In this document: in pieces, positions 55,163 to 64,000 of the stretch
How positions within the stretch are numbered: the stretch's first letter is position 1
How the letters are laid out: the number at the start of each line of letters is the position of its first letter
Assembly: GCA_963664825.1 (NCBI GenBank)
Contig: OY761614.1
Coordinates: 1,600,001 to 1,664,000 of the forward strand
Direction: 5' to 3'
Source of the DNA: an uncultured Holophaga sp.
GTDB lineage: Bacteria > Acidobacteriota > Holophagae > Holophagales > Holophagaceae
DNA length: 64,000 bases
Translations under genes and position numbers: made by a program
The notes under the pieces: model-generated
Database searches by the model: none
Seen by the model: only the letters and a program-made list of their open reading frames with translations
What the model was told of the DNA's origin: nothing

Positions 55163-56959
55163 ATGGTCAAAGTCAGCGACTACATCGCACGGAAACTCCA
55201 CGCTATGGGAGTTCGGCATGTATTCATGGTGACGGGTGGCGGCGCCATGCACCTCAACGATGCCTTCGCTAGGTCTGCTCTGTTCCGGGTGATCTACAAC
55301 CATCATGAGCAGGCCTGTGCCATTGCGGCCGAAGGGTTGTACCGCGCAACAGGGCAGATCGGCGTCGTCAACATCACCACGGGGCCCGGGGGGCTCAATA
55401 CGCTAACGGGAGTCCTGGGCCAATGGACGGATAGCATTCCTGCAATCTATGTTTCCGGGCAAGTGAAGCATTCCACCACGCTGGATTGTTGCCGGGAATT
55501 GCCCCTGCGCCAGCTGGGCGACCAGGAGGTGGACATCGTCCCTGTCGTGCGTCCCCTTGTGAAGTACGCCGTGAGTGTGAGGGATCCGCTCCAGATCCGG
55601 AGGGAACTGGAGCGTGCCTTCCATATCGCCACCAGTGGCCGCATGGGACCCGTATGGGTCGATGTGCCCATGGATGTCCAAGGCGCCAATGTCGATGAGG
55701 AGGCTCTGATCGGTTTCGTTCCAGAAGAGACTGGGGTGCCACAGTCTTCGGCCGCCTTCCTGCTGGATCTGCTCCAGGCCAGCCATAGGCCTGTGCTTGT
55801 GCCCGGGCATGGTGTGCGTCTGGCGGGGCAGATCCGGAACCTGCATCGGCTACTCGAGGTGCTGAAGGTTCCGACGCTGGGCACCTTCAACGGTTTCGAC
55901 CTGATTCCCAATGATCATCCGGCCTACAGTGGGCGCATCGGCTCCCTGGGCACAAGGGGGGGAAACTTCACGCTCCAGAATGCCGATCTGGTGATCTTCC
56001 TGGGCACCCGCAATAACATCCGCCAAGTGAGCTACAACTGGGAGAATTTTGCCCACAGAGCCATCACTGTGGCTGTGGATATCGATGGGGCGGAATTGGA
56101 GAAACCCACCTTTCAGGCCACGCACAAGATTTCTGCGGATCTGCGCTCCTTCCTGCCGGGTTTCCTGACACTCCTAGAAAAGGCTCCCGAACTCCCGGAC
56201 TGGACCGAATGGCTGGCGTGGGCTCAGGAGCGTACGCGCCTGAACCCTGTGGTTCCACCAGAGCCCATGGCTGAGTCAGAGCGCATCCCGCCCTACCCCT
56301 TCATGGAACGTTTCACGGCGGCTCTGCCTGTGGATGCCACGGTTGTGGCGGGGAACGGCAGTGCCTGCGTCGTGCTGTTCCAGGCCGGGGTCGTGCAGGA
56401 AGGCCAGCGCTACTTCTGGAACAGTGGGTGCGCCTCCATGGGCTTCGATCTGCCCGCTGCCATCGGGGCCGCGGCGGATGGGGACCGCACCGTGTGGTGC
56501 CTGGCGGGAGATGGCAGCCTTCAGATGAACCTGCAGGAGTTGGCCACCGTCGCGCAGAACCGCCTTCCCATCAAGCTGGTGTATCTGAACAATGGCGGCT
56601 ACGCTTCCATCCGCCAAACCCAGGCGAATTTTTTCGGCGCCGAGTATGGGTGCAGTACGAAATCGGGTTTAGGTTTCCCTGATATGGAAAAATTGGCCGG
56701 GGCCTACGGGCTGCCCTTCGTCCGCACCCGGAGCCTTAGCGAGCTCGCCGAACATCAGGCCTGTGTCCAGAGCCAGGAGGGACCCGTCGTTTGGGAAGTG
56801 CTCCTGAAAACGGATTACGCTTTCGAACCCAAGCTCTCTTCCCGAAAACTTCCGGACGGGCGGATGATTTCCCCTCCCCTGGAGGACATGGCGCCCTTCC
56901 TAGACCGGGAAGCCTTCGTTTCCAATATGCTAGTGCCGCAGGAGATCTTGGATGCCTAG
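55163..56959 (+). CDS. ThDP-dependent acetolactate-synthase-like carboligase (YerE-like)
   Basis: HHEQA..AAEG, TTGPG, GDGSLQMN…NNGGY ThDP motif; lies inside a sugar locus. Confidence 0.85.
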   Translation: MVKVSDYIARKLHAMGVRHVFMVTGGGAMHLNDAFARSALFRVIYNHHEQACAIAAEGLYRATGQIGVVNITTGPGGLNTLTGVLGQWTDSIPAIYVSGQVKHSTTLDCCRELPLRQLGDQEVDIVPVVRPLVKYAVSVRDPLQIRRELERAFHIATSGRMGPVWVDVPMDVQGANVDEEALIGFVPEETGVPQSSAAFLLDLLQASHRPVLVPGHGVRLAGQIRNLHRLLEVLKVPTLGTFNGFDLIPNDHPAYSGRIGSLGTRGGNFTLQNADLVIFLGTRNNIRQVSYNWENFAHRAITVAVDIDGAELEKPTFQATHKISADLRSFLPGFLTLLEKAPELPDWTEWLAWAQERTRLNPVVPPEPMAESERIPPYPFMERFTAALPVDATVVAGNGSACVVLFQAGVVQEGQRYFWNSGCASMGFDLPAAIGAAADGDRTVWCLAGDGSLQMNLQELATVAQNRLPIKLVYLNNGGYASIRQTQANFFGAEYGCSTKSGLGFPDMEKLAGAYGLPFVRTRSLSELAEHQACVQSQEGPVVWEVLLKTDYAFEPKLSSRKLPDGRMISPPLEDMAPFLDREAFVSNMLVPQEILDA

Positions 56960-57632
56960 TTGCGAGAAACGGATGGCCTTGCTTACGGGAGGAGCCCGGG
57001 GGATCGGAGCGGCGATTCGGTCCGAACTGGAGGGGAAGGGCGTTCACGTTCTTGCCCCCTCCAGGGCGGAGTTGGATTTGGGGCGGAATGCATCGGTGAG
57101 CGAGTGGTTTTCCATTCATCCGGATCTGCCTGTGGACATCCTGATCAATAATGCGGGCATCAACCATCTGCGGAGTCTGCAGGATCTGGATGATTCCACA
57201 TGGGCCGAGATGGTTCAGACCAATCTCACCGCCGCCCTGCGTTTGACCCAGGCCTATGCCCCGCGGATGGCCGCCCAGGGTTGGGGGCGGGTCCTCAACG
57301 TGTCCTCGATTTTTAGCATCGTGACCAAGGAGGGGCGGGTTGCCTATTCCATGACCAAGGCGGCCATCAACGCCTTGACTCGCAGCACTGCGGTCGAATT
57401 CGGGCCTGGGGGGGTGCTCGTGAATGCGCTCGCTCCGGGCTATGTGGATACGGCCTTGACGCGCCAGAACAATTCCCCTGAAGCCATCGAATCAATCTGC
57501 GCCGCTATTCCCCTGGGGCGGATGGCCCGGGTCGAGGAATTAGCCCGCCTGGCGGTCTTCTTGGTCTCCGAAGAGAACACGTATATGACGGGGCAGGTAG
57601 TCGTGGCGGACGGAGGCTTCACATGTCGCTAG
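56952..57632 (+). CDS. Short-chain dehydrogenase/reductase
   Basis: TGGARGIG, NNAG, YSMTK, PG, VVADGG. Confidence 0.9.
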   Translation: MPSCEKRMALLTGGARGIGAAIRSELEGKGVHVLAPSRAELDLGRNASVSEWFSIHPDLPVDILINNAGINHLRSLQDLDDSTWAEMVQTNLTAALRLTQAYAPRMAAQGWGRVLNVSSIFSIVTKEGRVAYSMTKAAINALTRSTAVEFGPGGVLVNALAPGYVDTALTRQNNSPEAIESICAAIPLGRMARVEELARLAVFLVSEENTYMTGQVVVADGGFTCR

Positions 57633-58705
57633 GAATGACCATCCAAAGCCGATCCCATGCGTATACCGTTGAGGGTTTCCCCGATCTAAGGGAAGCCCTC
57701 AAAGCCGTCTCCCGCCCCGAACGTGCTCATTTCCTGGTGGACCGGAACCTCGCGAGGCTCTATCCGGATGTGCTGGCTCCGGCCTTGCCGGAAGGGCGGA
57801 CCGTGATCCTGGAGGCAACGGAAGACCAGAAATCCTACGAGGCCATCGCCCCCGTCTTCCTTCAGCTCATCGAGAAGGGCCTCAAGCGGGATGGCAATCT
57901 CGTGGTAATAGGCGGTGGTGTGTTGCAGGATATCGGATGTTTCGTGGCCACGAATTTGGCGCGAGGCATCCCCTGGGAGTTCATTCCGACGACGTTGCTC
58001 TCCCAGGCGGATAGCTGCATCGGAAGCAAGAGTTCCATTAACATCGGGTCCTTCAAGAACCAGATCGGATCCTTCTATGCCCCCCATCGGGTGCTGGTGA
58101 CCCATTCGGTCCTGCACACGCTGCCCTGGGACCAGATCTGCTCTGGATTGGGGGAGATCCTAAAACTGGCGGTCCTGACGGGCCGCAGCGAAATTGAGGA
58201 ACTAAGTGCGGATCTCTCTGCCTTCTCTGGAGAGACCGAGATCATCGAGAAATGGGTCGCCAGGGCTCTGGCAATCAAGAAGGTCTATATCGAGGAGGAT
58301 GAATTCGACCGTGGGCGGCGCAACCTGCTCAACTATGGACACACCTTCGGGCACGCGTTTGAATCCACCACCCACTTCGGCGTTCCCCACGGGATTGCGG
58401 TCAACCTGGGCATCCTGGCGGCCACCTACACATCGGTCCGTCTAGGAATGGTCGCCCAGGAGCATTATCTAGAGATCAGGGGGAAACTGGTACCCTGGTG
58501 CACGCCCTTCGGTCAGGTCGTGGCCCAGGTTGATGTGGAGGCCCTCCTCCAGGCCATGCGCCATGACAAGAAAAATTCCAGTTTTGGGGTCACCTGCATC
58601 CTGACCCGAGGTTTTGGCGCCATGGAGAAGTGCTCCCTGGATGCCGAGAATCAACTGAGGCCAATTCTTGGCGCGTTCCTTTCCTCTGAACTGGCAAACC
58701 TCTAG
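57623..58705 (+). CDS. 3-dehydroquinate-synthase-like sugar phosphate cyclase
   Basis: GGGVLQD, PTTLLSQADS.IG.K, KNQIG, GEILK, LNYGHTFGHAFE, HGIAV. Confidence 0.85.
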   Translation: MSLGMTIQSRSHAYTVEGFPDLREALKAVSRPERAHFLVDRNLARLYPDVLAPALPEGRTVILEATEDQKSYEAIAPVFLQLIEKGLKRDGNLVVIGGGVLQDIGCFVATNLARGIPWEFIPTTLLSQADSCIGSKSSINIGSFKNQIGSFYAPHRVLVTHSVLHTLPWDQICSGLGEILKLAVLTGRSEIEELSADLSAFSGETEIIEKWVARALAIKKVYIEEDEFDRGRRNLLNYGHTFGHAFESTTHFGVPHGIAVNLGILAATYTSVRLGMVAQEHYLEIRGKLVPWCTPFGQVVAQVDVEALLQAMRHDKKNSSFGVTCILTRGFGAMEKCSLDAENQLRPILGAFLSSELANL

Positions 58706-58730
58706 AATCGATCACCCACCCCAGGAGTTC

Positions 58731-59549
58731 ATGATGAATCCCCTCGAAAAGCGCATGGTCGAGCAATTGATTGATCTGCGGGAAAACCACCACATTGCAG
58801 GGGTCAAGGCTGAATTTGAATCGGAAGGTACCCGCATGGAGGAGGCCCTCCGCCTCAAGGAAGTGATCACCAAGGCGGGCCTGGACTTGACCATCAAGAT
58901 TGGAGGCTGCGAGGCCCTCAAGGACTTCTACGATGCCCGGGCCATCGGCGTCACGCATATTGTGGGGCCCATGATCGAATCCGCCTATGCCCTGAAGAAA
59001 TTCCTGGCGTCCGCCAAAACGGCCTTTCCGCCGGACGAATTCGATTCGGTCCAGTTTCTCGTCAATATCGAAACCCACACGGCCTGCAGCAACATCGAGG
59101 AGGTCCTGGGGAAGTACGATATCTCGGGCCTTTCGGGCATCGTGCTTGGTCGGGTCGATCTCACGGGATCCCTGGGCCTGACCCGGGAGGACGTGAACTC
59201 CGATCGCATCTTCGAAATCGCCTCCCGGGTGTTCCAGGAGGCGAAGAAATACAATTTGGATGTCGTGGTGGGCGGCGGCGTCTCCAAGGAGACCGTGCCC
59301 TTCCTCCAGCGCTTTCCGGAAGGGATGATCGCCCGGTACGAGACCCGAAAGGTCATTTTCCAGTGCCCCGCAGCCACCACGGGGGACTACGAAAAGGGCA
59401 TCCTGAAGGCCGTTGGCTTCGAACTGATGTGGCTGAAGAACAAGCGGGATTTCTATGGCCTCATCCACCACGAGGACAAGCGGCGGATCGAGATGCTCGA
59501 GGCCAGATACAAGAAGCTGATCGAAGAGGCGGGCGGTAGTGTCAACTAG
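58731..59549 (+). CDS. HpcH/HpaI aldolase / citrate lyase beta family protein
   Basis: KIGGCEA, PMIES, NIET, GRVDL TIM-barrel motifs. Confidence 0.72.
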   Translation: MMNPLEKRMVEQLIDLRENHHIAGVKAEFESEGTRMEEALRLKEVITKAGLDLTIKIGGCEALKDFYDARAIGVTHIVGPMIESAYALKKFLASAKTAFPPDEFDSVQFLVNIETHTACSNIEEVLGKYDISGLSGIVLGRVDLTGSLGLTREDVNSDRIFEIASRVFQEAKKYNLDVVVGGGVSKETVPFLQRFPEGMIARYETRKVIFQCPAATTGDYEKGILKAVGFELMWLKNKRDFYGLIHHEDKRRIEMLEARYKKLIEEAGGSVN

Positions 59550-59591
59550 CTCGAGACTGGCCTGTCCTGTTGTCCTATCGCGAGGTCGAAA

Positions 59592-60362
59592 ATGAAAGCC
59601 GTCATTCTCGCAGGTGGTCTGGGCTCACGAATCAGCGAGGAGAGCACGGTTCGCCCCAAGCCCCTCATTGAGGTGGGGGGGCGCCCGATCCTGTGGCACA
59701 TCCTGAAGATGTATTCGGCCCACGGCATCAACGATTTCGTGGTCTGCCTAGGCTACAAGGGTTACATGATCAAGGAATACTTCGCCAACTACTTCCTCCA
59801 CATGTCGGATGTCACCTTCGATATGGCCAACAACAGGATGGAGGTCCACCAGAGCAATTCGGAACCCTGGAGGGTGACGCTGGTGGATACGGGCGAAGCC
59901 ACCATGACCGGTGGGCGGCTCAAGCGCATCCGGGAGTACATCGGCGACGAGGAATTCTGCGCCACCTATGGCGATGGCGTCGGCAATATCGATATCACGG
60001 CGCTCCTCCAATACCACCGCCTACAGGGCACCTGGGCGACCCTCACGGCGACGCAGCCTCCTGGGCGTTTCGGCGCGCTGGTCTTTGAAGGTGGAAGGGT
60101 CAAGGCCTTCCAGGAGAAGCCCACGGGAGATGGCGGGTGGATCAACGGAGGCTTCTTCGTGCTGTCCCCCAAGGTCTTCGATCTCATCGAGGGTGATCAG
60201 ACCCTCTGGGAGCGCGAACCCATGGAGCGCTTGGCTTCCATGGGGCAGCTTTCGGCTTACCTGCATCACGGTTTCTGGCAACCCATGGATACCCTGCGGG
60301 ACAAGAACCAGCTCGAGGAACTATGGATGAGCGGACGGGCTCCCTGGAAGATGTGGCCATGA
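59592..60362 (+). CDS. rfbF: Glucose-1-phosphate cytidylyltransferase
   Basis: [40 protein letters not shown]. Confidence 0.96.
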   Translation: MKAVILAGGLGSRISEESTVRPKPLIEVGGRPILWHILKMYSAHGINDFVVCLGYKGYMIKEYFANYFLHMSDVTFDMANNRMEVHQSNSEPWRVTLVDTGEATMTGGRLKRIREYIGDEEFCATYGDGVGNIDITALLQYHRLQGTWATLTATQPPGRFGALVFEGGRVKAFQEKPTGDGGWINGGFFVLSPKVFDLIEGDQTLWEREPMERLASMGQLSAYLHHGFWQPMDTLRDKNQLEELWMSGRAPWKMWP

Positions 60363-61444
60363 ATCCCGGCTTCTGGCGGGGCAGGCGGGTCCTGGTGACC
60401 GGGCACACGGGTTTCAAGGGGGGCTGGCTGTGCCTCTGGCTCCAGAGCCTGGGCGCCGAAGTGGTGGGCTACGCGCTGGAACCGCCCACACGGCCCAGTC
60501 TCTTCGATGCCGCAAATGTGGGAGAGGGGCTGGCGGCCTCCCATCTGGGTGATGTGCGGGACCTGGATCATCTGCAGGAGGTCTTCCGGGCATTTCGTCC
60601 AGAGGTGGTCTTCCACATGGCCGCCCAGCCCCTGGTGCGTCTCTCCTATGCCGAACCCGTGGAGACCTACGCCACCAACGTGATGGGTACGGTCAATGTG
60701 CTCGAAGCCGTGCGCCGCGGGCCGGGTGTCCGGGCCCTGATCAATATCACCACCGACAAATGCTATGAGAATCGGGAGTGGCTATGGGGCTACCGGGAAA
60801 TCGACCCCATGGGGGGCCATGATCCCTACAGCAGCAGCAAGGGCTGCGCGGAGCTGGTCACGGCCGCCTACAGGTCCTCGTTCTTCGGTCCCAAGGATTT
60901 CGAGCGCCATGGCGTGAGCGTTTCCACGGTGCGCGCCGGCAATGTCATCGGTGGTGGGGACTGGGCCGGGGATCGTCTCATTCCCGATATGATCCGTGCC
61001 TTCACCGCGGGAGATCCCGTCATCATCCGCAGCCCCCACGCCATCCGCCCCTGGCAGCATGTGCTGGAGCCTCTGCGGGGGTACCTGATGCTGGCCGAGC
61101 GCATGATGGGTGCCGGCCCGGAATTCGCCGAAGGCTGGAATTTCGGCCCCCGGGATGAGGACGCCAGGCCCGTGCAATGGATCGTGCAGCGGTTGGCTGA
61201 ACTCTGGGGAGAGGGCGCCTCCTGGAATCTGGACGAGGGCCAGCATCCCCATGAGGCCTCTTACCTGAAGCTGGACTGCTCCAAGGCCAGGATGCGCCTG
61301 GACTGGCACCCGCGATGGGATCTATCCACGGCCCTGGATCGTATCGTCTCCTGGTACCGTGCCTTCAATAGGGGCGAAGACATGCGGGCCCTCACGCTCC
61401 AGCAGATCTCCCAATACACCTCTGAAGCAGGAATGACGCGATGA
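60359..61444 (+). CDS. rfbG: CDP-glucose 4,6-dehydratase
   Basis: [48 protein letters not shown]. Confidence 0.96.
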   Translation: MNPGFWRGRRVLVTGHTGFKGGWLCLWLQSLGAEVVGYALEPPTRPSLFDAANVGEGLAASHLGDVRDLDHLQEVFRAFRPEVVFHMAAQPLVRLSYAEPVETYATNVMGTVNVLEAVRRGPGVRALINITTDKCYENREWLWGYREIDPMGGHDPYSSSKGCAELVTAAYRSSFFGPKDFERHGVSVSTVRAGNVIGGGDWAGDRLIPDMIRAFTAGDPVIIRSPHAIRPWQHVLEPLRGYLMLAERMMGAGPEFAEGWNFGPRDEDARPVQWIVQRLAELWGEGASWNLDEGQHPHEASYLKLDCSKARMRLDWHPRWDLSTALDRIVSWYRAFNRGEDMRALTLQQISQYTSEAGMTR

Positions 61445-62775
61445 TCCAGCCCCCCTCCGAATCCAACCTGCGCGAGCAGATCCTCAATCTAGTGGGCCAG
61501 TACACCGAGCGATCCCTGGCGCCCAAACCCTTCGAACCCGATGCCACCATGGTGCCTCCGGCGGGCAAGGTCCTGGGGGCTCTGGAGATCCAGAACATGG
61601 TCGAGGCCGCCCTGGATGGTTGGCTCACCACGGGGCGCTTCAATGACGCCTTTGAAAAGAAGCTGGCGGCCTTCCTAGGTGTGCGCCACGTGATCACGGT
61701 CAATTCGGGCTCTTCGGCCAATCTGGTGGCCCTGGCCACCCTCACCTCGCCCAAGCTCGGGGAGCGCGCCCTGAAGCCGGGAGACGAAGTCATCACCGTG
61801 GCCGCGGGATTTCCCACCACGGTCAATCCCATCCTGCACTTCGGGCTGGTGCCGGTCTTCGTGGATGTCCACATTCCCACCTACAACATCGACCCCTGCC
61901 TCATCGAAGGCGCCATCACGCCCAAGACTAAGGCCATCATGATCGCCCACACCCTGGGCATCCCCTTCGATCTCACGGAAGTGATGCGATTGGCTCGGAA
62001 GCACGGACTCTGGGTGGTGGAGGACTGCTGCGATGCCCTCGGCTCCACCTACGAGGGGCGTCTGGTGGGCACCTTCGGGGATATCAGCACCCTCAGCTTC
62101 TACCCCGCCCATCACATCACCATGGGCGAAGGGGGAGCGGTGTTCACCCAGAATCCGGAGCTGAAGCGCATCGCCGAATCCTTCCGGGACTGGGGCCGGG
62201 ATTGCTGGTGCGCGCCGGGTTGCGACAACACCTGTCACAACCGCTTCGGCTGGCAGTTGGGAGAGCTTCCCCAGGGCTACGACCACAAGTACACCTACTC
62301 CCACGTGGGCTTCAATCTCAAGATCACGGATATGCAGGCCGCCTGTGGGCTGGCCCAGTTGGAACGCCTGCCTGGTTTCATCGAGGCCCGCAAGCGCAAT
62401 GCGGCCTTCCTCCAGGAGCACCTGGCCCCCCTCCGGGATTTCCTGGTCCTGCCCGAAGCGACTCCGGCCAGCGATCCCTCCTGGTTCGGGTTCCCCCTCA
62501 CCCTCCGGGAGGAATGCGGCCTCAGCCGGGTGGATCTCCTGAAGCATCTGGATCAGCATCGGATCGGCACCCGCCTGCTTTTCGGCGGCAACCTCACCCG
62601 GCAGCCCTACTTCCAGAACCAGCATTACCGCATCCATGGAACCCTGACGAACACGGACAGGATCATGAACCAGACTTTCTGGATCGGCGTCTTCCCGGGG
62701 CTTTCCAGGGAAGCCCTGGAGCATGTGGTGCGAGTCCTGAAGGGCTTCTTCGAGGCCCGGAAGACAGAGGGGTAG
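61441..62775 (+). CDS. rfbH: CDP-4-keto-6-deoxyglucose 3-dehydrase (E1, PMP/[2Fe-2S])
   Basis: [51 protein letters not shown]. Confidence 0.95.
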   Translation: MIQPPSESNLREQILNLVGQYTERSLAPKPFEPDATMVPPAGKVLGALEIQNMVEAALDGWLTTGRFNDAFEKKLAAFLGVRHVITVNSGSSANLVALATLTSPKLGERALKPGDEVITVAAGFPTTVNPILHFGLVPVFVDVHIPTYNIDPCLIEGAITPKTKAIMIAHTLGIPFDLTEVMRLARKHGLWVVEDCCDALGSTYEGRLVGTFGDISTLSFYPAHHITMGEGGAVFTQNPELKRIAESFRDWGRDCWCAPGCDNTCHNRFGWQLGELPQGYDHKYTYSHVGFNLKITDMQAACGLAQLERLPGFIEARKRNAAFLQEHLAPLRDFLVLPEATPASDPSWFGFPLTLREECGLSRVDLLKHLDQHRIGTRLLFGGNLTRQPYFQNQHYRIHGTLTNTDRIMNQTFWIGVFPGLSREALEHVVRVLKGFFEARKTEG

Positions 62776-62779
62776 ATGG

Positions 62780-63820
62780 ATGACCGGGCCACTGGAGAGG
62801 GATCTGGAGGAGATCCTGGGCCTCACGGAGGCCCTGTGGCCCCGGCTCCGGGGTGCCCGGCTGCTCATCACCGGAGGCACGGGCTTCATGGGGTGCTGGC
62901 TGCTGGAGAGCCTTCTTCACGCCAACCGCCGCTTCCAGTTGGGGGTGGAGGCCGTGGTCCTGACCCGGGACCCCTCGGCCTTCGCGCGGAAGGTGCCCCA
63001 CTTGGCCCAGTCTCCCGCCATTCGATGCGTCCGGGGCGATGTGCTCCGATTCCCGGAGCTGGAGGGGGGATTCACCCATCTGATCCATGGCGCCACCGAC
63101 GCCAGCGCTAGGCTCCTTGAGGAAAACCCTCGCCTGATGTTCGACACCATCCTGACGGGCACACGGGGGGCGCTGGAATTCGCAGAGCGGAAGTCCGTCC
63201 AGCATGCGCTCTTCCTCAGCTCCGGCGCCGTCTATGGCCGCCAGCCTCCGGAACTGGAGCGTGTGCCGGAGGAATGGGCCGGGGGGCCGGATTGCGCCGA
63301 TCCCAGGGCTGCCTACGCCGAGGGCAAACGAGCCGCCGAGACCCTCTGCGCCATCTTCGCCCAGCGGCATGGGGTTCCAATCTCCATCGCCCGCTGCTTC
63401 GCCTTTGTGGGGCCCTATCTGCCCCTGGATGTCCACTTCGCCATCGGAAATTTCATCCGGGATGCCATGGCCGGGGGGCCCATTCAGGTGCTAGGGGATG
63501 GCACACCCTATCGCTCCTACCTCTACGCCACCGATCTCACGGCCTGGCTCTGGCATCTGCTGCTGCGGGGGGAGCCGGGGGTGGCCTTCAATGTGGGTTC
63601 AGAAGAGGCCCTCTCTATCGCCGAACTGGCTGGGGTGGTGGGCCGCACGGTGGGGGGCGTTGCCTTCCGGGTCCATGGTCATCCGGATCCAGATGCCAGG
63701 CCCGAACGCTACGTGCCCAGTGTGGGGCGCATCCGCTCTCGCCTGGGGCTCCGCCAGACCGTTTCCCTGGAAGAGGGCATTGCCCGCACGGTGGCTTGGC
63801 ACGGGGCCGCGTTACCATGA
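62780..63820 (+). CDS. NAD-dependent nucleotide-sugar epimerase/dehydratase/reductase
   Basis: TGGTGFMG, SSGAVYG, YAEGK, RCFAFVGP. Confidence 0.88.
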   Translation: MTGPLERDLEEILGLTEALWPRLRGARLLITGGTGFMGCWLLESLLHANRRFQLGVEAVVLTRDPSAFARKVPHLAQSPAIRCVRGDVLRFPELEGGFTHLIHGATDASARLLEENPRLMFDTILTGTRGALEFAERKSVQHALFLSSGAVYGRQPPELERVPEEWAGGPDCADPRAAYAEGKRAAETLCAIFAQRHGVPISIARCFAFVGPYLPLDVHFAIGNFIRDAMAGGPIQVLGDGTPYRSYLYATDLTAWLWHLLLRGEPGVAFNVGSEEALSIAELAGVVGRTVGGVAFRVHGHPDPDARPERYVPSVGRIRSRLGLRQTVSLEEGIARTVAWHGAALP

Positions 63821-63871
63821 CCTCGTCTTTCCCCCCTTGGCCTTTTCCTTTTCCTCCCCGGTCCTGAATCC

Positions 63872-64000
63872 ATGACAGCATCCCCTGCCAACCCCTCCAT
63901 CCTGATCCTGGAAGACGAAGCCAGCTTCCGGGAAGTCATGCAGCTGGGTCTGTCTCCCCGTGGCTTCGACCCCGTGACGGTAGGCACCCTCCAGGGGGCC
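63872..64000 (+). CDS. Response regulator receiver domain (partial, runs off the window)
   Basis: Manual translation MTASPANPSILILEDEASFREVMQLGLSPRGFDPVTVGTLQGA. Confidence 0.75.
   Translation, partial: MTASPANPSILILEDEASFREVMQLGLSPRGFDPVTVGTLQGA

Noticed and set aside
55163..56959. Calling the ThDP enzyme ilvB (branched-chain amino acid synthesis)
   Set aside because: No ilvN/ilvC neighbours, and it is embedded among nucleotide-sugar genes.
59532..59543. GGCGGTAGTGTC resembling an ops (RfaH) element before rfbF
   Set aside because: It lies inside the aldolase coding end (GGSVN), mid-operon, with no JUMPstart context; plausible by chance in GC-rich DNA.

Overview
GC-rich bacterial chromosome segment. 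The gene content suggests an anaerobic Gram-negative organism, possibly Holophagae/Geothrix-like Acidobacteriota, but that is inference only. In order: a secreted RNase Sa/barnase-type nuclease with a barstar-like inhibitor beside tRNA-Gln(CTG); an operon of two unknown genes, two FHA-GGDEF diguanylate cyclases and a Ser/Thr kinase; prs, murA, a signal peptidase I, a QueD-like and an RMD1-like gene; cobalamin riboswitch-cobT-cobS-cobC; a module of a Pst-like ABC transporter plus cysD-cysNC converging on a sulfotransferase; a second cobalamin riboswitch with btuB-btuF-btuC-btuD; marC; xseB-ispA-dxs; a sigma54 activator with a sigma54 promoter in front of a secreted Lys/Ala/Glu repeat protein; MocR-ilvE; engB; a complete B12-dependent oxidative ornithine cluster (ord-ortAB-oraSE-reactivase-orr) extended by a fucose-isomerase-like gene and alr, with a divergent XRE-cupin regulator; an ftsE with no adjacent ftsX, and envC; an EAL protein and an Hpt protein; and the start of a surface-polysaccharide locus (GT2, ThDP enzyme, SDR, DHQ-synthase-like cyclase, aldolase, rfbF-rfbG-rfbH, epimerase). 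The strongest candidates for undescribed systems are (1) the Pst-fold transporter whose binding protein lacks phosphate-binding hydroxyl residues and is coupled to PAPS synthesis and sulfation, (2) the branched or carbocyclic higher-carbon sugar pathway, (3) the kinase with tandem FHA-GGDEF cyclases, and (4) the sigma54-driven secreted repeat protein. No CRISPR array, rRNA, transposase or integrase was seen.
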